Source of the DNA: Auanema rhodensis
Lineage: Eukaryota; Animalia; Nematoda
Direction of reading: 5' to 3'
Length of the DNA stretch: 64,000 nt
Assembly (NCBI GenBank): GCA_964057225.1
Contig: OZ059894.1
Location: 22,630,001-22,694,000, forward strand
Part shown: piece by piece, positions 54,301-64,000 of the stretch
Numbering within the stretch: the first letter of the stretch is position 1
How the letters are laid out: each line of letters opens with the position of its first letter
The notes under the pieces: model-generated
What the model was told of the DNA's origin: nothing
Databases searched by the model: none
Seen by the model: the letters and a program-made list of their open reading frames with translations, nothing else
Translations under genes and position numbers: made by a program

Positions 54301-57134
54301 TTCATTAGTGTATGTTGAGTTTCCATGTACACTCAACATTGCTTCCAAAAACATTTTGACAAAAATTTTTTCGAGAAATTTCAAAATAATTTAGCAAAAA
54401 GTAGATGTTTTTAGATTCGTTTTTTTCAAGGCAAAGACGATGGACAATGTTATTCAACGAAAAAATTAATTCTTCAGGGTGAAAATCGAGGATATAAGTG
54501 TGAACTTATATCAGTTGATATCTCGGTGCATTTTTAAGCTAGCGCAAATCTGATAACACAGATCGACGCAGCTTAAAAATCCGCATCGAATGCACTATAC
54601 TACATTGAGAAACGCTTAATACGAAAATTAGTTATGATCGTTTGAAAAATGATGCATTAGTGTATGTTGAGTTTCCATGTACACTCAACATTGCTTCCAA
54701 AAACATTTTGACAAAAATTTTTTCGAAAAATTTCAAAATAATTTAGCAAAAAGTAGATGTTTTTAGATTCCAATTTTCAAGGCAAAGACGATGGACAATG
54801 TTATTCAACGAAAAAATTAATTCTTCAGGGTGAAAATCGAGGATATAAGTGTGAACTTATATCAGTTGATATCTCGGTGCATTTTTAAGCTAGCGCAAAT
54901 CTGATAACACAGATCGACGCAGCTTAAAAATCCGCATCGAATGCACTATACTACATTGAGAAACGCTTAATACAAAAATTAGTTATGATCGTTTGAAAAA
55001 TGATGCATTAGTGTATGTTGAGTTTCCATGTACACTCAACATTGCTTCCAAAAACATTTTGACAAAAATTTTTTTCGAGAAATTTCAAAATAATTTAGCA
55101 AAAAGTAGATGTTTTTAGATTCCTTTTTTCAAGGCAAAGACGATGGACAATGTTATTCAACGAAAAAATTAATTCTTCAGGGTGAAAATCGAGGATATAA
55201 GTGTGAACTTATATCAGTTGATATCTCGGTGCATTTTTAAGCTAGCGCAAATCTGATAACACAGATCGACGCAGCTTAAAAATCCGCATCGAATGCAATA
55301 TACTACATTGAGAAACGCTTAATACAAAAATTAGTTATGATCGTTTGAAAAATGATGCATTAGTGTATGTTGAGTTTCCATGTACACTCAACATTGCTTC
55401 CAAAAACATTTTGACAAAAATTTTTTCGAGAAATTTCAAAATAATTTAGCAAAAAGTAGATGTTTTTAGATTCCTTTTTTCAAGGCAAAGACGATGGACA
55501 ATGTTATTCAACGAAAAAATTAATTCTTCAGGGTGAAAATCGAGGATATAAGTGTGAACTTATATCAGTTGATATCTCGGTGCATTTTTAAGCTAGCGCA
55601 AATCTGATAACACAGATCGACGCAGCTTAAAAATCCGCATCGAATGCAATATACTACATTGAGAAACGCTTAATACAAAAATTAGTTATGATCGTTTGAA
55701 AAATGATGCATTAGTGTATGTTGAGTTTCCATGTACACTCAACATTGCTTCCAAAAACATTTTGACAAAAATTTTTTCGAAAAACTTCAAAATAATTTAG
55801 CAAAAAGTAGATGTTTTTAGATTCCTTTTTTCAAGGCAAAGACGATGGACAATGTTATTCAACGAAAAAATTAATTCTTCAGGGTGAAAATCGAGGATAT
55901 AAGTGTGAACTTATATCAGTTGATATCTCGGTGCATTGTTAAGCTAGCGCAAATCTGATAACACAGATCGACGCAGCTTAAAAATCCGCATCGAATGCAC
56001 TATACTACATTGAGAATCGCTTAATACAAAATTTAGTTATGATCGTTTGAAAAATGATGCATTAGTGTATGTTGAGTTTCCATGTACACTCAACATTGCT
56101 TCCAAAAACATTTTGACAAAAATTTTTTCGAAAAATTTCAGAATAATTTAGCAAAAAGTAGATGTTTTTAGATTCCTTTTTTCAAGGCAAAGACGATGGT
56201 CAATGTTATTCAACGAAAAAATCAATTCTTCAGGGTGAAAATCGAGGATATAAGTGTGAACTTATATCAGTTGATATCTCGGTGCATTTTTAAGCTAGCG
56301 CAAATCTGATAACACAGAACGACGCAGCTTAAAAATCCGCATCGAATGCACTATACTACATTGAGAAACGCTTAATACAAAAATTAGTTATGATCGTTTG
56401 AAAAATGATGCATTAGTGTATGTTGAGTTTCCATGTACACTCAACATTGCTTCCAAAAACATTTTGACAAAAATTTTTTCGAGAAATTTCAAAATAATTT
56501 AGCAAAAAGTAGATGTTTTTAGATTCCCTTTTTCAAGGCAAAGACGATGGACAATGTTATTCAACGAAAAAATTAATTCTTCAGGGTGAAAATCGAGGAT
56601 ATAAGTGTGAACTTATATCAGTTGATATCTCGGTGCATTTTTAAGCTAGCGCAAATCTGATAACACAGATCGACGCAGCTTAAAAATCCGCATCGAATGC
56701 ACTATACTACATTGAGAAACGCTTAATACAAAAATTAGTTATGATCGTTTGAAAAATGATGCATTAGTGTATGTTGAGTTTCCATGTACACTCAACATTG
56801 CTTCCAAAAACATTTTGACAAAAATTTTTTCGAAAAATTTCAAAATAATTTAGCAAAAAGTAGATGTTTTTAGATTCCATTTTTCAAGGCAAAGACGATG
56901 GACAATGTTATTCAACGAAAAAATTAATTCTTCAGGGTGAAAATCGAGGATATAAGTGTGAACTTATATCAGTTGATATCTCGGTGCATTTTTAAGCTAG
57001 CGCAAATCTGATAACACAGATCGACGCAGCTTAAAAATCCGCATCGAATGCACTATACTACATTGAGAAACGCTTAATACAAAAATTAGTTATGATCGTT
57101 TGAAAAATGATGCATTAGTGTATGTTGAGTTTCC

Positions 57135-60100
57135 ATGTACACTCAACATTGCTTCCAAAAACATTTTGACAAAAATTTTTTCGAAAAATTTCAAAATAAT
57201 TTAGCAAAAAGTAGATGTTTTTAGATTCCTTTTTTCAAGGCAAAGACGATGGACAATGTTATTCAACGAAAAAATTAATTCTTCAGGGTGAAAATCGAGG
57301 ATATAAGTGTGAACTTATATCAGTTGATATCTCGGTGCATTTTTAAGCTAGCGCAAATCTGATAACACAGATCGACGCAGCTTAAAAATCCGCATCGAAT
57401 GCACTATACTACATTGAGAAACGCTTAATACAAAAATTAGTTATGATCGTTTGAAAAATGATGCATTAGTGTATGTTGAGTTTCCATGTACACTCAACAT
57501 TGCTTCCAAAAACATTTTGACAAAAATTTTTTCGAAAAATTTCAAAATAATTTAGCAAAAAGTAGATGTTTTTAGATTCCTTTTTTCAAGGCAAAGACGA
57601 TGGACAATGTTATTCAACGAAAAAATTGATTCTTCAGGGTGAAAATCGAGGATATAAGTGTGTACTTATATCAGTTGATATCTCGGTGCATTTTTAAGCT
57701 AGCGCAAATCTGATAACACAGATCGACGCAGCTTAAAAATCCGCATCGAATGCAATATACTACATTGAGAAACGCTTAATACAAAAATTAGTTATGATCG
57801 TTTGAAAAATGATTCATTAGTGTATGTTGAGTTTCCATGTACACTCAACATTGCTTCCAAAAACATTTTGACAAAAATTTTTTCGAAAAATTTCAAAATA
57901 ATTTAGCAAAAAGTAGATGTTTTTAGATTCCTTTTTTCAAGGCAAAGACGATGGACAATGTTATTCAACGAAAAAATTAATTCTTCAGGGTGAAAATCGA
58001 GGATATAAGTGTGAACTTATATCAGTTGATATCTCGGTGCATTTTTAAGCTAGCGCAAATCTGATAACACAGATCGACGCAGCTTAAAAATCCGCATCGA
58101 ATGCAATATACTACATTGAGAAACGCTTAATACAAAAATTAGTTATGATCGTTTGAAAAATGATTCATTAGTGTATGTTGAGTTTCCATGTACACTCAAC
58201 ATTGCTTCCAAAAACATTTTGACAAAAATTTTTTCGAAAAATTTCAAAATAATTTAGCAAAAAGTAGATGTTTTTAGATTCCTTTTTTCAAGGCAAAGAC
58301 GATGGACAATGTTATTCAACGAAAAAATTAATTCTTCAGGGTGAAAATCGAGGATATAAGTGTGAACTTATATCAGTTGATATCTCGGTGCATTTTTAAG
58401 CTAGCGCAAATCTGATAACACAGATCGACGCAGCTTAAAAATCCGCATCGAATGCAATATACTACATTGAGAAACGCTTAATACAAAAATTAGTTATGAT
58501 CGTTTGAAAAATGATGCATTAGTGTATGTTGAGTTTCCATGTACACTCAACATTGCTTCCAAAAACATTTTGACAAAAATTTTTTCGAGAAATTTCAAAA
58601 TAATTTAGCAAAAAGTAGATGTTTTTAGATTCCTTTTTTCAAGGCAAAGACGATGGACAATGTTATTCAACGAAAAAATTGATTCTTCAGGGTGAAAATC
58701 GAGGATATAAGTGTGAACTTATATCAGTTGATATCTCGGTGCATTTTTAAGCTAGCGCAAATCTGATAACACAGATCGACGCAGCTTAAAAATCCGCATC
58801 GAATGCAATATACTACATTGAGAAACGCTTAATACAAAAATTAGTTATGATCGTTTGAAAAATGATTCATTAGTGTATGTTGAGTTTCCATGTACACTCA
58901 ACATTGCTTCCAAAAACATTTTGACAAAAATTTTTTCGAGAAATTTCAAAATAATTTAGCAAAAAGTAGATGTTTTTAGATTCGTTTTTTTCAAGGCAAA
59001 GACGATGGACAATGTTATTCAACGAAAAAATTAATTCTTCAGGGTGAAAATCGAGGATATAAGTGTGAACTTATATCAGTTGATATCTCGGTGCATTTTT
59101 AAGCTAGCGCAAATCTGATAACACAGATCGACGCAGCTTAAAAATCCGCATCGAATGCACTATACTACATTGAGAAACGCTTAATACAAAAATTAGTTAT
59201 GATCGTTTGAAAAATGATGCATTAGTGTATGTTGAGTTTCCATGTACACTCAACATTGCTTCCAAAAACATTTTGACAAAAATTTTTTCGAGAAATTTCA
59301 AAATAATTTAGCAAAAAGTAGATGTTTTTAGATTCGTTTTTTTCAAGGCAAAGACGATGGACAATGTTATTCAACGAAAAAATTAATTCTTCAGGGTGAA
59401 AATCGAGGATATAAGTGTGAACTTATATCAGTTGATATCTCGGTGCATTTTTAAGCTAGCGCAAATCTGATAACACAGATCGACGCAGCTTAAAAATCCG
59501 CATCGAATGCACTATACTACATTGAGAAACGCTTAATACAAAAATTAGTTATGATCGTTTGAAAAATGATGCATTAGTGTATGTTGAGTTTCCATGTACA
59601 CTCAACATTGCTTCCAAAAACATTTTGACAAAAATTTTTTCGAAAAATTTCAAAATAATTTAGCAAAAAGTAGATGTTTTTAGATTCCATTTTTCAAGGC
59701 AAAGACGATGGACAATGTTATTCAACGAAAAAATTAATTCTTCAGGGTGAAAATCGAGGATATAAGTGTGAACTTATATCAGTTGATATCTCGGTGCATT
59801 TTTAAGCTAGCGCAAATCTGCTAACACAGATCGACGCAGCTTAAAAATCCGCATCGAATGCACTATACTACATTGAGAAACGCTTAATACAAAAATTAGT
59901 TATGATCGTTTGAAAAATGATGCATTAGTGTATGTTGAGTTTCCATGTACACTCAACATTGCTTCCAAAAACATTTTGACAAAACTTTTTTCGAAAAATT
60001 TCAGAATAATTTAGCAAAAAGTAGATGTTTTTAGATTCCTTTTTTCAAGGCAAAGACGATGGTCAATGTTATTCAACGAAAAAATCAATTCTTCAGGGTG

Positions 60101-62960
60101 AAAATCGAGGATATAAGTGTGAACTTATATCAGTTGATATCTCGGTGCATTTTTAAGCTAGCGCAAATCTGATAACACAGATCGACGCAGCTTAAAAATC
60201 CGCATCGAATGCACTATACTACATTGAAAAACGCTTAATACAAAAATTAGTTATGATCGTTTGAAAAATGATGCATTAGTGTATGTTGAGTTTCCATGTA
60301 CACTCAACATTGCTTCCAAAAACATTTTGACAAAAATTTTTTCGAAAAATTTCAAAATAATTTAGCAAAAAGTAGATGTTTTTAGATTCCTTTTTTCAAG
60401 GCAAAGACGATGGACAATGTTATTCAACGAAAAAATTAATTCTTCAGGGTGAAAATCGAGGATATAAGTGTGAACTTATATCAGTTGATATCTCGGTGCA
60501 TTTTTAAGCTAGCGCAAATCTGATAACACAGATCGACGCAGCTTAAAAATCCGCATCGAATGCACTATACTACATTGAGAAACGCTTAATACAAAAATTA
60601 GTTATGATCGTTTGAAAAATGATGCATTAGTGTATGTTGAGTTTCCATGTACACTCAACATTGCTTCCAAAAACATTTTGACAAAAATTTTTTCGAAAAA
60701 TTTCAAAATAATTTAGCAAAAAGTAGATGTTTTTAGATTCCTTTTTTCAAGGCAAAGACGATGGACAATGTTATTCAACGAAAAAATTGATTCTTCAGGG
60801 TGAAAATCGAGGATATAAGTGTGAACTTATATCAGTTGATATCTCGGTGCATTTTTAAGCTAGCGCAAATCTGATAACACAGATCGACGCAGCTTAAAAA
60901 TCCGCATCGAATGCAATATACTACATTGAGAAACGCTTAATACAAAAATTAGTTATGATCGTTTGAAAAATGATTCATTAGTGTATGTTGAGTTTCCATG
61001 TACACTCAACATTGCTTCCAAAAACATTTTGACAAAAATTTTTTCGAAAAATTTCAAAATAATTTAGCAAAAAGTAGATGTTTTTAGATTCCTTTTTTCA
61101 AGGCAAAGACGATGGACAATGTTATTCAACGAAAAAATTAATTCTTCAGGGTGAAAATCGAGGATATAAGTGTGAACTTATATCAGTTGATATCTCGGTG
61201 CATTTTTAAGCTAGCGCAAATCTGATAACACAGATCGACGCAGCTTAAAAATCCGCATCGAATGCAATATACTACATTGAGAAACGCTTAATACAAAAAT
61301 TAGTTATGATCGTTTGAAAAATGATTCATTAGTGTATGTTGAGTTTCCATGTACACTCAACATTGCTTCCAAAAACATTTTGACAAAAATTTTTTCGAAA
61401 AATTTCAAAATAATTTAGCAAAAAGTAGATGTTTTTAGATTCCTTTTTTCAAGGCAAAGACGATGGACAATGTTATTCAACGAAAAAATTAATTCTTCAG
61501 GGTGAAAATCGAGGATATAAGTGTGAACTTATATCAGTTGATATCTCGGTGCATTTTTAAGCTAGCGCAAATCTGATAACACAGATCGACGCAGCTTAAA
61601 AATCCGCATCGAATGCAATATACTACATTGAGAAACGCTTAATACAAAAATTAGTTATGATCGTTTGAAAAATGATGCATTAGTGTATGTTGAGTTTCCA
61701 TGTACACTCAACATTGCTTCCAAAAACATTTTGACAAAAATTTTTTCGAGAAATTTCAAAATAATTTAGCAAAAAGTAGATGTTTTTAGATTCCTTTTTT
61801 CAAGGCAAAGACGATGGACAATGTTATTCAACGAAAAAATTGATTCTTCAGGGTGAAAATCGAGGATATAAGTGTGAACTTATATCAGTTGATATCTCGG
61901 TGCATTTTTAAGCTAGCGCAAATCTGATAACACAGATCGACGCAGCTTAAAAATCCGCATCGAATGCAATATACTACATTGAGAAACGCTTAATACAAAA
62001 ATTAGTTATGATCGTTTGAAAAATGATTCATTAGTGTATGTTGAGTTTCCATGTACACTCAACATTGCTTCCAAAAACATTTTGACAAAAATTTTTTCGA
62101 GAAATTTCAAAATAATTTAGCAAAAAGTAGATGTTTTTAGATTCGTTTTTTTCAAGGCAAAGACGATGGACAATGTTATTCAACGAAAAAATTAATTCTT
62201 CAGGGTGAAAATCGAGGATATAAGTGTGAACTTATATCAGTTGATATCTCGGTGCATTTTTAAGCTAGCGCAAATCTGATAACACAGATCGACGCAGCTT
62301 AAAAATCCGCATCGAATGCACTATACTACATTGAGAAACGCTTAATACAAAAATTAGTTATGATCGTTTGAAAAATGATGCATTAGTGTATGTTGAGTTT
62401 CCATGTACACTCAACATTGCTTCCAAAAACATTTTGACAAAAATTTTTTCGAGAAATTTCAAAATAATTTAGCAAAAAGTAGATGTTTTTAGATTCGTTT
62501 TTTTCAAGGCAAAGACGATGGACAATGTTATTCAACGAAAAAATTAATTCTTCAGGGTGAAAATCGAGGATATAAGTGTGAACTTATATCAGTTGATATC
62601 TCGGTGCATTTTTAAGCTAGCGCAAATCTGATAACACAGATCGACGCAGCTTAAAAATCCGCATCGAATGCACTATACTACATTGAGAAACGCTTAATAC
62701 AAAAATTAGTTATGATCGTTTGAAAAATGATGCATTAGTGTATGTTGAGTTTCCATGTACACTCAACATTGCTTCCAAAAACATTTTGACAAAAATTTTT
62801 TCGAAAAATTTCAAAATAATTTAGCAAAAAGTAGATGTTTTTAGATTCCATTTTTCAAGGCAAAGACGATGGACAATGTTATTCAACGAAAAAATTAATT
62901 CTTCAGGGTGAAAATCGAGGATATAAGTGTGAACTTATATCAGTTGATATCTCGGTGCAT
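57135..62960 (-). repeat. Higher-order duplication with a 9-monomer period (3161 bp) in the distal domain
   Basis: AAATTGATT variant G at 57628/58681 and 60789/61842; TTCGTTTTTTT at 58983 and 62144. All offsets are 3161 = 9x351+2. Confidence 0.88.
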
Positions 62961-64000
62961 TTTTAAGCTAGCGCAAATCTGATAACACAGATCGACGCAG
63001 CTTAAAAATCCGCATCGAATGCACTATACTACATTGAGAAACGCTTAATACAAAAATTAGTTATGATCGTTTGAAAAATGATGCATTAGTGTATGTTGAG
63101 TTTCCATGTACACTCAACATTGCTTCCAAAAACATTTTGACAAAAATTTTTTCGAGAAATTTCAAAATAATTTAGCAAAAAGTAGATGTTTTTAGATTCC
63201 TTTTTTCAAGGCAAAGACGATGGACAATGTTATTCAACGAAAAAATTAATTCTTCAGGGTGAAAATCGAGGATATAAGTGTGAACTTATATCAGTTGATA
63301 TCTCGGTGCATTTTTAAGCTAGCGCAAATCTGATAACACAGATCGACGCAGCTTAAAAATCCGCATCGAATGCAATATACTACATTGAGAAACGCTTAAT
63401 ACAAAAATTAGTTATGATCGTTTGAAAAATGATGCATTAGTGTATGTTGAGTTTCCATGTACACTCAACATTGCTTCCAAAAACATTTTGACAAAAATTT
63501 TTTCGAGAAATTTCAAAATAATTTAGCAAAAAGTAGATGTTTTTAGATTCCTTTTTTCAAGGCAAAGACGATGGACAATGTTATTCAACGAAAAAATTAA
63601 TTCTTCAGGGTGAAAATCGAGGATATAAGTGTGAACTTATATCAGTTGATATCTCGGTGCATTTTTAAGCTAGCGCAAATCTGATAACACAGATCGACGC
63701 AGCTTAAAAATCCGCATCGAATGCAATATACTACATTGAGAAACGCTTAATACAAAAATTAGTTATGATCGTTTGAAAAATGATGCATTAGTGTATGTTG
63801 AGTTTCCATGTACACTCAACATTGCTTCCAAAAACATTTTGACAAAAATTTTTTCGAAAAACTTCAAAATAATTTAGCAAAAAGTAGATGTTTTTAGATT
63901 CCTTTTTTCAAGGCAAAGACGATGGACAATGTTATTCAACGAAAAAATTAATTCTTCAGGGTGAAAATCGAGGATATAAGTGTGAACTTATATCAGTTGA

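Larger units (their letters stand above)
8097..64000 (-). repeat. Same 351-bp satellite in the opposite orientation B (~159 monomers; probably continues beyond the right edge)
   Basis: From 8097 the sequence (AAGACGATGGACAATGTTATTCAACG...) is the reverse complement of the left-arm monomer (CGTTGAATAACATTGTCCATCGTCTT). ATGTACACTC recurs at 8340+351n (e.g. 11148, 24486, 33963, 48003, 51162). Confidence 0.98.

Noticed and set aside
1-64000. CRISPR array or other prokaryotic repeat system
   Set aside because: There are no unique spacers between repeats, the unit is 351 bp and wholly repeated, and there are no cas or other genes.

Overview
The whole window is one AT-rich tandem satellite (about 31% GC, counted on the first monomer) with a 351-bp monomer and roughly 182 copies that differ by only a few substitutions. 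I see no credible gene, RNA gene, transposon or CRISPR array; it looks like eukaryotic (peri)centromeric or heterochromatic satellite DNA, and I cannot name the family or species. The one break in the tandem structure is a strand switch at ~8062-8098. About 23 monomers run in one orientation (1-8062) and ~159 in the opposite one (8097-64000), joined by a 36-bp fragment copied from sequence ~8 bp from the breakpoint. Diagnostic SNPs split the array into three domains: a left arm, an indel-free middle domain (8.1-50 kb) and a distal domain (>50 kb). They also reveal nested higher-order repeats (1-, 2-, 3-, 6-, 9- and 12-mers). Each monomer carries three dyad-symmetry elements, two of them almost exactly half a monomer apart. 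The single 75-aa ORF is a chance loss of two stop codons. I found no evidence of a new protein-coding system; the interest is structural and evolutionary.
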